Of a stretch of DNA of 64,000 nt, positions 13,289 through 26,681 are shown piece after piece. The translations under genes and the position numbers were made by a program. Below the pieces are notes generated by a model. The model made no database searches. It was not told the DNA's origin and saw only the letters and a list, made by a program, of their open reading frames with translations. Source of the DNA: Octopus vulgaris (taxonomy: Eukaryota); contig OX597816.1 in NCBI GenBank assembly GCA_951406725.2, forward strand, positions 16,120,001 through 16,184,000, in the 5' to 3' direction. How positions within the stretch are numbered: position 1 is the first letter of the stretch; every line of letters begins with the position of its first letter.

Positions 13289-13640
13289 GCGCCGGAGTGG
13301 CTGTGTGGTGAGTAGCCTGCTTAGCAACAACATGGTTCCGGGTTCAGTTCCACTGCATGGGCCCTTGGGCAAGTGTCTTCTACTATAGCGTTGGGCTGAC
13401 CAAAGATTGTGAGTGGATCTGGTAAATCGAAATTGAAAGAAGCCTGTCGTGTGTGTGTGTATATAGGTGCAGGAGTGGCTGTGTGGTAAGTAGCTTGCTT
13501 ACCAACCACATGGTGCCGGGTTCAGTCCCACTGCATGGCACCTTGGGCAAGTGTCTTCTACTATAGCCTTGGGCCGACCAAAACGTTGTGAGTGGATTTG
13601 GTAGACGGAAACTGAAAGAAGCCCGTCGTATATATATATA

Positions 13641-13710
<70 letters not shown>

Positions 13711-13893
13711 TGTGTAAACACACCGATGCTGGTGTGTTTACGTCCCCGTAACTTAGCAGTTCGGCAAAAGAGAGACCAATAGAATGAGTACTAGGCTTAC
13801 AAAGAATAAGTCCTGGGGTCGATTTGCTCGACTAAAGGCGGTGCTCCAGCATGGCCGCAGTCAAATGACTGAAACAAGTAAACGAGTAAAGAG
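13288..13893 (+). mobile_element. SINE family B: 5' half followed by a full-length copy
   Basis: Two heads at ~13288 and ~13465, one tail at ~13890. Confidence 0.85.
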
Positions 13894-15069
13894 ATTTAGC
13901 TTAAAATGAGTTGACAGAAAGAGCTATAAGAAATGGTACGAGGAAATTTTGTGAACTAAGACTTTCTTTTTATTATTTTCCGTTCAAATAAATGACATTA
14001 TGTAACAGTTATTAACCCAATACAATTGATCTGTTTGAGTTAGAAAGTAGGTTACTCGTGTTTAAACTTGGACCAGCCAGTGCATTATAAGAAAACCTAG
14101 GTTATTTGTTTGTAGTTGCCACTGGGACGGTACTTATAATTAATATTTCTATATATTGTGACTATATACCTAATATTTATTATTTAAAGCTTAAAGAACT
14201 GGCAGTCTACTGTTTGTAAACTGTTTGTTAGGGGACTCAATTGTGAATTCTAAAAGGGGCGAGGACCATTTATATCCGATTATAACTAATTAATATTTGC
14301 TCCGGTTGTTGCTATTGTTGTTATAAGCGAATGATGAACGTCAGTTATTCAGACAATAACATAGGTTTCAATAAGATTTCTAATGATTGCTCGATTTGTT
14401 TTTAAGATATATTTTCCCAGAGTAAGGCAGTGAACTGGCAGAATCGTTGGCACGCCGGCAAAATGCTTGGCGGCATTTCGTCTGTCTTTAAGTTCTTGAG
14501 TTCAAGTTCCGCTGACGCCGACTTCGCCTTTCATCCTTTCGAGGTTGATGAAGTAACTAAAACAGTTGAACACGGGGATCGATACAATCGACTAAAACCC
14601 TCCCCGAAAATTTCAGGCTTTGTGCCTATTTCTGAAGGGATTATTAAGGAACCGAACTCACGGAAGTATTACCGCGTCGGACAAAATACTTGCTTAGTGG
14701 TATTTCGTCCGTTTTTACATTCTGGAGTCAACTTTGCTTTTCATCCTTCCGGGATCGATAAATCAATCCCAGTACCAGTTGAGTCCTGGGATTGATGTAA
14801 CCGGCTTACCCCCTCCCCCGAAATTGCTGGCCTTGTGCTAAAATTTGAAACTAATGTATTTTCCTACGGTGAAGAAGCACGCTTTACAACCATGTGTTTT
14901 CTAGTTGAGTGGCACTACGCGGCACCATGGGCAAATTTCTTCTGCTGCTGTAGCCCCGGGTCAACAAATGCTTTGCCAGTGTATTTTGTTGACGGAAACT
15001 GGAAACCTGTCGTATATGTATTTGTGTGTGTGTGTATGTGTTTGTCTCACCTGCACTTGACAATTGGGG

Positions 15070-18000
15070 GTTGATTTATTCGACTTAAATTCTTCAAAAC
15101 AATGCTCCAGCTTGGCTAGAGTCCAGTGATTGAAACATGTAAGATACAAGAAACAAAGTGTATCAAGAACTAGAAATTGGAATGTGTCCTTCCTAGTTTT
15201 AAGACAGTAAGGTTTGGTTTTAGAATAGATTCAGTTTCTATTTCTAGCAGGTCAAGCGGTTTTGGTGTAGAGGCATCCATGCTACTCCGTGTTTCTAATT
15301 TGTTCGAGAACGGCGGTTCAAGAACTTCGAAGCTGAGAATGTCAATGTCCTCAACACTCCTGCTATTTTATTTCTTTGCAATAAAATATAACGAGCCTTT
15401 AAATCAACAGTATCGTTGTTTTACAAGTTCACAGCAAACCAGACACTGGCTCACCTTGTAATCAAAACGGCGTGTGTGAGAAGAGTGCATGGAACAGGAA
15501 TCAACGAACTTTGTTCGTAAAGCGCCGTCTAACGGTTTTCTCAGCGAATACTTTTCCGCTATGTAATCGGCGATGGGTAAATACGCGCGCACATATACTC
15601 CCAGCCCTACATCCTCCACCCCCATACGACCGCACACGCGCGTGTGTGGACGTGACGCGATTTTACACAAATCTTCCGTCTCCAAATTCATTCTCGAGGC
15701 ATTGGAAGCCCTGAAGCTACAGTCCAAGATATTTACCTAGAGTCCCTTGCAGCAGTGGGACTGAACTCCAAACCACAGGATCCCAAAACAAACGTCTTAA
15801 ACACACAACCATATCACGCATATGGTTACTTGTGAATTCAAATTACGCCATGGTCTACATTATACTTTATCTTTCTGGGATCAATCAAATCAGTAGTTCT
15901 CAACCAATGTCCCGGGGGTCTTACCAAAGTAAATAGATGACATATCTACGTACTTTGATCTTAACATGGGGCTCCTCAACCGCAGAGCACCTCCAATTCC
16001 CGCGACCGCAAGAACTGCATGGGTTTAGCGATGGCCCTGGCCCAATAGTATTTATTTACTGACAGTAATCCACAACATAAATAGTACAGAGCTGGGTCCC
16101 TGGGGTGGTCTATATAAGATTTTGGGGGTCCACAATAAATTGGGGTTTCACGCAAGCAAAATAGTAAGCAGGGGATCCACGAAAGTATTTAAAGGATCTA
16201 TGAAAAAGTTTTACTTCAGATGTATTTATTATAAGAAACAACGAAGTTTCTTTCTTGAGCGTTTTACGCAGTTCAGCATGTTTTGGGCCACTAAAACATT
16301 TTTTCTCATCAGTGGACACGCGGGGCAGTTGTCCAGGAACCTTACAGGCTAAAGGGCCCAAGTCTGTACTATTTATGTTATGGATTACTGTCAGTAAATA
16401 AATACTGTAGGGCCAGGGCCATCGGCTCCTGCAGTTATTGCGGTCACGGGAGGGAAGGGGCTCCGCGGTTGAGGGGCCCCATGTTAAGATCAAAATACGG
16501 CGATGAGTCATCTATTTACTTTGGTTAAGATGTTGAACAAAAGTTAAACTATGTTGACTGATAATTTCGTAAATACATTGTACCTGCAAAAGTTCTTGTA
16601 AAAATATTACTCTGTACCACGAACGTCTACCAGGCTTTGTGGATTGTCTATGATATCTATTGAACACGAACTTAGCTCTCGGCCAGATTATTCTGAACTG
16701 ATCGATGATTTCGCGAAGCGAAAAGTGCGCCGTGTTTGTCTTTGAAAGTTGCCTGGATTATAAAAGTTCTCTTTTATTCATAGCTGGAAGTTTGAAATTT
16801 GCAATAGGCCAAATTAATTTCAATTTGTTGTACTTTTAAAGATGATTTTTAGGATAACGTGAAATATTGAACTTCAGGTAGAATAAAATAAAATATAACT
16901 ATGAATAAAAGGTGTATAGATTATGAATTTTGATTGAAGAGATGGGGCCTTGCAGGGGATTTTTAAAAGTCACGCGACGGAGCTGTGTAGGGCCCAGTGC
17001 ATTGGTTTACTCGGGGATCTATAATGCTACTAAGACAGCCTGTCCCTCAGAGAGCTTATTACAGACCTACACAAATAAACATGTGAAAAACAAAACAGCG
17101 ATTTCGAAAGAAGAGTCTATAAAACTAGTTTTTAAATATTAAATGGCTGGGTGGGGGTCCCCCCAAATAAAATAATAACCAAAAGGGTCCATAGGTAAAA
17201 AAAAAAGATTGTTGAAAACTACTATGCTAAATTATACCAGTCATACACTGAGCCCTCTTTAAATCCATGGTATGAACTTTCTCACATAATTTATTCTCTT
17301 GTGCCAAGCTGAGAAATCGCTATTCTCCGTTCCTTAAGGCAGCGCGCTCACAGAATCGTTAGCATATCGGACGAAATACTCAACAACATTTCTTCCGGCT
17401 CTTAACGTTCTGATACCAATATTCCGCCGAGCTCCACTTTGTCTTTCAGCCTTTCGGAGTCGATAAAATAAAGTAGCAGTAGACTAGTGGGGTCTATGCA
17501 AAATTGCATTTCCTCGTAAATAACTTAAAGGATTGGCAGAAGCAAGACCGATAGAATGGAGTACAAGACACGAAAACAAAAACATAAATATTATGGTCGA
17601 TTTGTTCGTGTAAAATACATCAAAGCAGTGCCCCAGCATGTCCACAGTCCAGTGACTGAAACATGTAAAAGATAAAAAATAAAATAGATAAAGTGTATGT
17701 AGAACTACATGATGGAATATATTCTTTCTAGCTTTAAGACAATAAGGTTTGCTTCAGCATGGATTTAGATTTAGTTTCTATTTCTAGCAGGTCAAGCGAT
17801 CTTGGCGTAGAAACACCCATGTTACCCCGTGTTTCAAAACTGTTGGACAACAGCGGTAAGTCCTCGAAGCTGAGAATGTCAATGTCCTTAATATTCCTGA
17901 TATTTCATTTTTTTAAAAATAAAATATGACGTGCCTTTATTGTTGTTTTACAAGTTCACAGCAAACCAGCCACTGGCACACCCTGTAATCAAAACGGCGT

Positions 18001-18096
18001 GAGAAGAGTGCATGGAACACGGATCAACGAACTTTGTTCGTAAAGCACCGTACATCGGTTTTCTCAGCGAATACTCTTTTAATCGGCGAAGGATAA

Positions 18097-18135
<39 letters not shown>

Positions 18136-18960
18136 GCACGGTTTTAATCTACCAAATCTTCCATCTACCAAATTCACTTACAAGGCATTGGTCGCCCCGA
18201 GGCTAGATTAGATGTTTGCTTAAGGTCCCTTAAAGCAGTTGGACTGAACTCCAAACTACAAGATTCCAAAGCAAATGTCTTAAATACGCACCCATAAAAA
18301 AAATATATGTATATATATATGTATGTGTGTGTGTGTGTTTGTGTGTGTCTGTTTGTCCCCCTAACATTGCTTGACAACCGATGCTGGTGTGTTTACGTCA
18401 CCGTCACTTAGCGGTCCGGCAAAAGAGACCGATAGAATAAGTACTGGGCTTACAAAGAATAAGTCCCGGGGTAGATCTGCTCAACTAAAGGCGGTGCTCC
18501 AGCATGGCCGCAGTCAAATGACTGAAACAAGTAAAAGAGTAAAAGAGTATATAAGTATCATGGTGAATCTGTTCGACTAAAAATCCTCCGAGTTGCTGCA
18601 TTCAGTGACTGAAACAAATAAGAGAATCACTGGTCAGGCGATCTTGGCGAAGAGACACTCATGTTACTCAGTGTTTCAATTCTGCCCGACAATGGTGTTG
18701 TGGTGGTAAGTTCTCGATGCTGAAAATGTCATTGTCCTCGACATTCTTGATATTTTATTTCTATGAAATAAAATTAATTTCACGAGTCAACGAACGAGTA
18801 TATTGACACGAGTTTACTTAAAAAGGATTTGGCAAATTAAATACAAAACAAAATATATGAGGAACAGTCTCCTTGTATTACAAGGTCACAGCCAGCCTTA
18901 CATCAAAGTAATAAATGTGACAAAGGTGTGCCTGGCATACGAGTCAGTGAACTCAATTAC
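15070..18960 (+). repeat. Diverged segment present three times (~15070-15830, ~17595-18295, ~18565-18960 partial)
   Basis: Shared blocks ggtcaagcg..ttgg, cgaagctgagaatgtcaatgtcc and tttacaagttcacagcaaaccag; agaagagtgcatggaac...tcaacgaactttgttcgtaaagc is shared by copies 1 and 2. Confidence 0.75.
16275..17042 (+). mobile_element. hAT (Tip100-like) deletion derivative with C-terminal dimerisation-domain remnant, nested in a Charlie-like MITE
   Basis: 16638-16745 translates CGLSMISIEHELSSRPDYSELIDDFAKRKVRRVCL*. The terminus reads gggcccagtgca...ctataatgctactaagacagcctg. Confidence 0.65.
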
Positions 18961-19127
18961 TATAGCAATTTCTTCATAATAGTTATTTACTTACTGATAT
19001 TTTTTTTGGGTTTTTTTTTAATGATATTCATACCATTCGCAGGTATAAAATAATGTCCATCCCTCGCCAGTTAAGCTAACGAAGAATAAAAGCGCCCACA
19101 AGAACATATTTTGTGTGTGTGTACGTG

Positions 19128-19500
19128 CTGGGTGTCCCAAAAATGTATACATATTTTAATAGCAAATAACTCGATTTTCTTTTCATTTTTTAGATTTAAG
19201 CCGTTAGAAATTAAAGAGAGCCAGACGAAGCTTTGAGCAAAAGAAGTTTATCTTTAAGTGCAACTGGAAATTTGAAAACACAGTCAAAATTCGCAAAGGC
19301 AGTTTAGAAGTGGGTTTCAAACGGATCCACCTACGCGACGTACCATCACTCGAATTAGAGATAAGTCTGAAGCAGACGGAACAAATTAGAGTTTCGAAGG
19401 CATTCCGGAAGACCATTAACGTCGACGAGTCCCACAAAGCAAGAAATATTGCTAGAAACGTATTGAAGAGACTCTATGCGACAAACGAGTTATGAGATAA
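19128..19500 (+). mobile_element. Mariner-type transposase N-terminal HTH remnant
   Basis: Frameshifted translation SFEQKKFIFKCNWKFENTVKI..QFRSGFQTDPPTRRTITRIRDKSEADGT...SGRP; TIR-like ctgggtgtcccaaaaa. Confidence 0.6.
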
Positions 19501-19534
19501 CAATTTAAAAATTAAGTGTCCAGCGCACTTTGGC

Positions 19535-20003
19535 CAGGGCCGGCCCGAGGTTTGCAATCGCCCCAGGAAAGCTGAACTTCGGAGCCCTTACAAGAATAAT
19601 CTTTTAGAACTTTCACAAAGAGAAAAACTGAAAATGTACCAACCACATAATGCCGGGTTCAGTCCCTGTGCGTGGCACCTTGGGCAAGTATCTTCTACTA
19701 TAGCCTCGAGCCGACCAAAGCCTTGTGAGTGGATTTGGTAGACGGAAACTGAAAGAAGACCTTCGTGTATATATATGTGTCCATATGTTTGTCCCCCCAC
19801 TATCGCTTGACAACCGATGCTGGTGTTTACGTCCCCGATGTACTAGGCTTACAAAGAATGAGTCCTGGGGTTAATTCGTTCGACAAAAGGCGGTGCTTCA
19901 GCATGGCCGCAATCAAATGATTGAAACAAATAAAATAAAAGAATAAAAACCACATGGTGCCCCAGGCGACTGCCCGAGTTGCCGGTACCTTGAGCCGACC
20001 CTG
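19535..20003. mobile_element. hAT MITE with a nested SINE B
   Basis: TIRs cagggccggccc / gagccgaccctg; near-8-bp TSD actttggc/actttgat; SINE B at ~19638-19945. Confidence 0.65.
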
Positions 20004-20011
20004 ACTTTGAT

Positions 20012-20395
20012 GTATAAATTCAGGTTTAAACCTATAATTACTGAAACCCTGGGATATGTAACACACTACCTAAATACCGATATTGAGAAATTAGGCTTCT
20101 CAAAACACGAAAGGAGAAAGCTAATTCGAAGGCTACAGATCTAAGCCATCACTGGAACTGTAAAAATCTGTAAAACTATCCAGAAGTTTAAATTTAAATA
20201 TAAATAAGCATGTCTAGATATGCAACTATATGCATGACAATATACATAAAACATACAGATCTGTATATATACATACATACAAACAAAATTACACTGTTGT
20301 TGATGCTGAAATTCCGATGAAGAAGCCTTGGATCTAGGTTAGAAACCGGTTCTTTCTCTATTGGCAAGAAATCTTGAAATAAAACTGAATAATGA
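20012..20395 (+). mobile_element. R4/Dong-type non-LTR retrotransposon 3' fragment
   Basis: YKFRFKPIITETLGYVTHYLNTDIEKLGFSKHERRKLIRRLQI*AITGTVKICKTIQKF, then a 3' UTR ending in (CATA)n. Confidence 0.75.
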
Positions 20396-20624
20396 CATAC
20401 ATGCATACATGCATACATACATGCATACATAATACATACATACACACATACATACATACATACATACACACATGCATGCATACATAAATACATACATGCA
20501 TACATAATACATACATACACACATACATACATACATACATACACACATGCATGCATACATACATACATACATACATACATACATACATACATACATACAT
20601 ACATACATACATACATACATACGT

Positions 20625-21010
20625 GAGTATATGGAGACGGGTGTATCAACAGAATATTGATTAAGGTTAAAAACTGAAATAGTCACCAACAAGTTAAAAA
20701 CACAACTGACCAGATATTGTGTGGGACCACAAGGAAAAAAATGTCCCCTTTTAGGGATATCAGCTAACCCCTGGACGCAAATGTGATCAGAAAAACACAG
20801 GAGAAAGAAAACGTTGAGAAGAAACTTGCAAATCCAATTTCCAAGACACACTTTTAGTTTCATAATTATTATTATTAGAGAAACAGGATATGTACCGACC
20901 CTTCTGGAGCAAAGTATGGTTGAACTTGGATTCTTGGGGAGAGAACGCTACTCTTGTAGCAATTTACGACAAATTATCACAATATTTAGACAATAAAATC
21001 TGCAAAAGAT
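20625..21010 (+). mobile_element. Older R4/Dong-type RLE endonuclease remnant
   Basis: KHN*PDIVWDHKEK...DIS*PLDANVIRKTQEKEN...RNLQIQFPRHTFSFIIIII..TGYV, homologous to the RLE region at 57.6-57.9 kb. Confidence 0.6.
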
Positions 21011-21080
21011 TTAAATGATGATGAATAAAGCAAAACACTTTCCTTCACAGCTTTACTACGAAGCAGGAGGCTGGTTAAAA

Positions 21081-21463
21081 TCTCTTCTCTCTATATATAA
21101 ACGGCAGTTTGTCTGTCTGCGTGTCTGTTAGGTTGTACCCTCACCCTGACCACGGCTTTCAACCGATTCTGATGAAACTTGACACACACATAGCCCAATG
21201 TCATAATTCAAAACTAACGCAGCGAAAATTTTGAAAAGTTCCCCCAGTTCTGAAAAAAATCGATAAATTCGACATGGGGTCGAGAATCAGAAACACAAAC
21301 CACAGACTGTCTAGGGGACGCAACTCGACCTTTTAACTCTCAAAAAAAAAAACTTACCATCATTTTTTTTCCATTTTTTTGCTATTTTTTGGCTATAATT
21401 CTCTAAAAATGCTTTATAGTTATTTCCCTTACAAACCCGAGCAACGCCGGGCGATACTGCTAG
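21081..21463 (+). mobile_element. Non-autonomous Helitron
   Basis: TCtct...ctatatataa start; cccgagcaacgccggg hairpin and gcgatactgCTAG|t end, shared with the 3361-3757 element. Confidence 0.8.
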
Positions 21464-21849
21464 TTTACTCTAAATTAAAAAGAGAGAAAGAACTCATACA
21501 TGCGTCGTGCTTTCTCGCAGATTCTGCTGACTAAATAACACTCACAAAACATTGGGCAAGCAAAGGTTAGGCAAGGGGATCGAATCCGGATTAACGAGAT
21601 TCAGAAACCAAACCCTGTTAAATGTCTTGTTTTGAGCTTTCACGAGCTTTACATCTCCGCCATCTCTTCTTCCCACCTGATTCCTCTTTTATCCTTTCTT
21701 TGTTTCTCTCTTTCTTTCTTTTTTTCTTTTTTTTTTTCTTTGACCGTATAAGCTTGAACATTTCATGTCTCCGCAGTACGCTTACGTGAATGTTTGTTTA
21801 TTTGATAAGAGGTGAGTAGTTGTTTCATCTCAGAAATGTCACAACACCA

Positions 21850-22120
21850 TACAGACAGACAAGCAGACAGACGGACAGACAGACAGAAAACCAGCCAGCC
21901 AGCCAGCCAGACAGACAGACAGATAGACAAACAGAAAGACAGACAGACAGAAAACCAGCCAGCCAGCCAGCCAGACAGACAGACAGATAGATAGACAGAC
22001 AGAAAGACAGAAAACCAGCCAGCCAGCCAGCCAGCCAACCATCCATCCATCCATCCATCCATCCATCCATCCAGCCAGCCAGCCAGCCAGCCAGCCAGAC
22101 AGACAGACAGACAGACAGAC

Positions 22121-22151
<31 letters not shown>

Positions 22152-22240
22152 CAAGCAAACAGACTGACTGACGGACGGTTGGTCGGATGGACAAAAAAAG
22201 ACACGAATAGGTAGACAAACAGACAGACAGATAGATAGAT
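21850..22240. repeat. Compound tetranucleotide microsatellite (CAGA/CAGC/CATC/TAGA)
   Basis: Directly visible. Confidence 0.95.
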
Positions 22241-22373
22241 CTTTATTTGTTTATAATAAATAGGAGTTATTTTCAGTCCAACTAAAATTACCTGTTTGTC
22301 CTGCAAGTCTCACCTCTCCTTTCTCGCCCTATCTCAGTTTCTCTCTTTCTCTCCCCACCTCTCTCTATCTCTA

Positions 22374-22413
<40 letters not shown>

Positions 22414-22824
22414 ATTCAATTTAAAGATAGGATAGTGGCTGGAGCCAGTGGCGGATGGGATTGTAGTCATGGCTATCGTCTTTTGTACTATTTATTGTAA
22501 GCGTAGTAGGGAGTAGCTCTAGATCGTCGCGGAGCTGCTACTGCTACTACTATTACTACTAGTAGAGGTAGTAGTAGTATAGTTGTTGTTGTTGTTGTCG
22601 TTGTAGGTATGTCGGACAGTGTTATCGAAGCGCATCATCGCCAGTGAGAAGAACGAAAAGATCGAAGGTGAGTATACAGAACCGTTCAAACTCTCGCACT
22701 AAATGTTTCATAAAGTTTTGGGACATTCGTCCTCTTGACATTCAGGGTTCAAATGCCACCGGAGTCGGTCGTCTTTGCCTTTCATTTCTTTCTAGGTCAA
22801 TTAACATATGTAGCAATAATAATT

Positions 22825-24155
22825 ATTTGTACTCTAGGTACAAGGCCATGAACATTTTTGAGGAAGGGGGCTTGGTCGATTACATCGACTCCAGTGCGTA
22901 ACTGGTACTTATATCATCGACCCCTGAAAGGATGAAGGGCAAAGTCAACCTCAGCGGAATTTGAACTTAGAACGTAGCGGCAGACGAAACACCACTAAGC
23001 ATTTCGCCCGGCGTGCTAACGACTCTGCCAGCTCACCGCCCTATATGTAGCAATAATCCTTTCTACAGGAGGCACAAGGGTTCAAATTTTGGGGAAGGGG
23101 TCTTGTCAATTACATCGACCCCAGTGCGTAACTGGTACTTAATTTATCGACCCCAAAAGGATGAAACGCAAAGTCGACCTCAGTGGAAGTTGAACTCAGA
23201 ACGTAGCGGCAGATGAATTACCTATTTCTTTACTACCCACAAGGGGCTAAACATAGAGGAGACAGACAAGGACAGACAAACGGATTAAGTCGATTATATC
23301 GAACCCAGTGTGTGACTGGTACTTAATTTATCGACCCCGATAAGGCCCGAAATTTTTGGGGAGAGGGGCAGTTGATTAGATCGACCTTAGTACGCAACTG
23401 GTACTTAATTTATCGACCCCGCAAGGATGGAATGCAAAGTCGACCTCGGTGGTACTTAGCATTTCGCCCGGTGTGCTAACGTTTCTTATTTCTTATTTCA
23501 TAGGTCTTTATTGCCCACAAGGGGCTAAACATAGAGGAGACAAACAAGGACAGACAAACGGATTAAGTCGATTACATCGACCACAGTGCGTAACTGGTAC
23601 TTAATTTATCGACAAACGGATTAAGTCGATTACATCGACCACAGTGCGTAACTGGTACTTAATTTATCGACCCCGAAAGGATGAAAGGCAAAGTCGACCT
23701 CAGCGGAATTTGAACTCAGAATATAACGGCAGACGAAATATCTATTTCTTTACTACCTACAAGGGGCTAAACACAGAGGGGACGAACAAGGACAAACGGA
23801 TTAAGTCGATTATATCGACTCCAGTGCATAACTGGTACTTAATTCATCGACCCCGAAAGGATGAAAGGTAAAGTCAACCTCAGCGGAATTTGAACCCAGA
23901 ACGTAGCGGCAGACGAAATACCTATTTCTTTACTGCCCACAAGGGGCTAAACACAGAGAGGACAAACAAGGACAGACAAACGGATTAAGTCGATTACATC
24001 GACCCCAGTGCGTAACTGGTACTTAATTTATCGGCACCGAAAGGATGAAAGGCAAAGTCGACCTCGGCGGAATTTGAACTCAGAACGTAACGGCAGACGA
24101 AATACCGCTAAAGCATTTCGCCCGGTGTGTTAACCATTCTGCCAGCTCGCCGCCT
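22825..24155 (-). mobile_element. Large cluster of SINE family A units (about 7, both tail types)
   Basis: Repeated bodies with gacgaaatacctatttcttt-type junctions at ~23215, ~23735 and ~23915. Confidence 0.85.
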
Positions 24156-24450
24156 TGTTGTAGATGGTCAATATTAACTGGTTAATGAGTGTGACGGTGA
24201 GGGCGATGAGTCAAGAAAATCGATAGAGTCAGACGAAATGCTTAACTCTAGAAAATGTTTCAGTCGTTGAACTGTGGCTATGCTGGAGCACCACATTGAA
24301 TCAAGTGTTTTAGTCGTTCATATCGATCCTAGTACTTATTTTTTAAAACTTTGATGTTTATTTTATCGATCTGTTTGCCGAGCATTTTAAAATACGGGAC
24401 ACAAACAAAGCACCGGTTTTTCTAGCCGTGTTACCCAAAGACAGGCATGG

Positions 24451-24482
<32 letters not shown>

Positions 24483-24495
24483 TTGAGCATTTGCG

Positions 24496-24527
<32 letters not shown>

Positions 24528-25213
24528 CACATGTATTTATAACAATAACACTACCACCACCACCACCATCATTACTATTACTACTACTACTGATAGTAAT
24601 GTTGCTGCTACTCTATCGTTGATTAAAATTACAAGTACTTGTACCTCAACGGCAATCACCACCACCGCCATCTTCACCACCACCACCACCACCGCTGCCG
24701 CCGCCACCATCACCACCAACATTACCACTACTTCAAGAGATAAGCAAGTGAAAAATATGTATAATTAAAAATACTATCGTTTTGTGGACATTAAGCAACA
24801 ACAATAAGACAGAGGGGAAAATTCATGAAGCGAGAACTTTCAGAACTTAACACTATTCAGTAGGGGGCCTTATGCATGTGAGACTTCATTGCATTTAGTG
24901 TAATGTACTATTACTAAGTAATCTAGTCATCATTACTTCGGCAAATAAAATGAAAATCTATGCTCCGCTGAAAAGGTCCAATATTGTAGTAACATGTTCT
25001 AAGTTGCCTCCCTTGCTTGTCGAAATGTGTGGGAAAAAAATTATATTTGCGATTGCACTACTATCGTCATTTTTTCATCGCCTAATTATTTTGAGATGGA
25101 TTGATTTTTAATCAGTTATTTTTATGCTTACTGTTTTAAATATATTTATTTCTTTATTGCCCACGGAGACCTAAATATAGAGGGGAGAAAATGAGGAGAG
25201 ACGAAGGGGTTAA

Positions 25214-25434
25214 CCCTTTTGTTACCAACCTGGCCAAAACCGGCTCTGGTTCTGTAGTACAAATGTCTTGTTTTCATAAGTTTTGCATTAGAATATACTA
25301 CCAAACCTTAGTCACAATTTATATTCCTAACACTAGTTTAATGATAACTAAGTTATTTTACTAAATTCTTTGTTATATCTAAAGTAATTAAAAGAAACAC
25401 AGAGCATCTCAAAATAAATACAGTAACAAAAGGG
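25214..25434. mobile_element. piggyBac-type MITE inserted into a SINE A
   Basis: TTAA at 25210-13 and 25435-38; TIRs cccttttgttac / gtaacaaaaggg; the SINE A sequence resumes as ttaagtcgattacatc. Confidence 0.85.
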
Positions 25435-25904
25435 TTAAGTCGATTACATCGGACCCACTGCGTAACTGCTACTTAATTTATCGACTCCGAAAAGAGTGAA
25501 AGGCAAAGTCGACCTCGACGGAATTTGAACTCAGAACGTAACGTAATTCTGCCAGCTCGCCGACATTTTGGGGGAGGGGGGAGACAGTCAATTAGATAGA
25601 CCCCAGTACTCAACTGGTACTTCATTTATCGACCCGGAAAAGATGAAAGGCAAAGTCGACCTCGGCGGAATTTGAACTCAAAGCGTAAAGACAGACGAAC
25701 TACTGCTAAGCACTTCGCCCAACGTGCTAACATTTCTGCCAACTCACTGCCTTACCATTTTAAGTATATTAACACTATAAAATAAGTACTGATTTTCATA
25801 CAGATGGCATATTTTCTTTTGTTTTTTAAAAGATTTACAAAAGCCTTTTAGGGAACGTATAGCAGAGGGACCTAAACTCGATACCGATATCGTTTGGATA
25901 ATGT

Positions 25905-26109
25905 TCTTTTATTTGTTTCAATCATTTGACTGCAGTCATGCTGGAGCACAGCCTTTAGTTGGACAAATCGACCCCAGGACTTATTCTTTGTAAGCCTAGT
26001 AATTATTCTATCGGTCTCTTATGCCGAACCGCTAAGTTACGGGGACGTAAACAAACGAACATCAGTTGTCAAGCGATGGTTGGGAGACAAACACAGACAC
26101 ACAAACATG

Positions 26110-26150
<41 letters not shown>

Positions 26151-26334
26151 CTGTGTATATATATATATATGCGACGGGCTTCTTTCAGTTTCCATGTACC
26201 AAATCCACTCAGAAAGCTCTGGTCATCCTGAGGATAAAGTAAAGAGACTTGCCCAAGGTGCCACGCAGTGGGACTGAACCCGGAACCATATGGTCGGTAA
26301 GCAAGTTACTTACCACACAGCCACTCCTGCACCT
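25905..26334 (-). mobile_element. SINE family B
   Basis: Full-length match. Confidence 0.85.
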
Positions 26335-26681
26335 ATTGGTGGAATATTTTCCATTTTCTACAAATAATGTAGGATCACGGCGGCGTTGGGGAGAATAAAG
26401 TTTCGCCGTTTTGAGGCGAGCCCAATAATCAAGGCCAGTCATGCCATTTATTTATTTGTGTGATTGATCTCTGCGGTACTTCAATCCTCATTATACCTTG
26501 TTATGCGTAATGGGACCACAATGAGTAATATTGGAAGTGAGACCAAGCAAATGTAGAGAAGAAAAGGATTATTGTTTCATGATCTTTAGATTGAAAAGTT
26601 CTGAGGATCCATGTGCACATTCTGCGGGTAATCTCGTCCTGTTATGTTGATGTGTTCACTCTTGCTAAGGTTAGTGACGAC

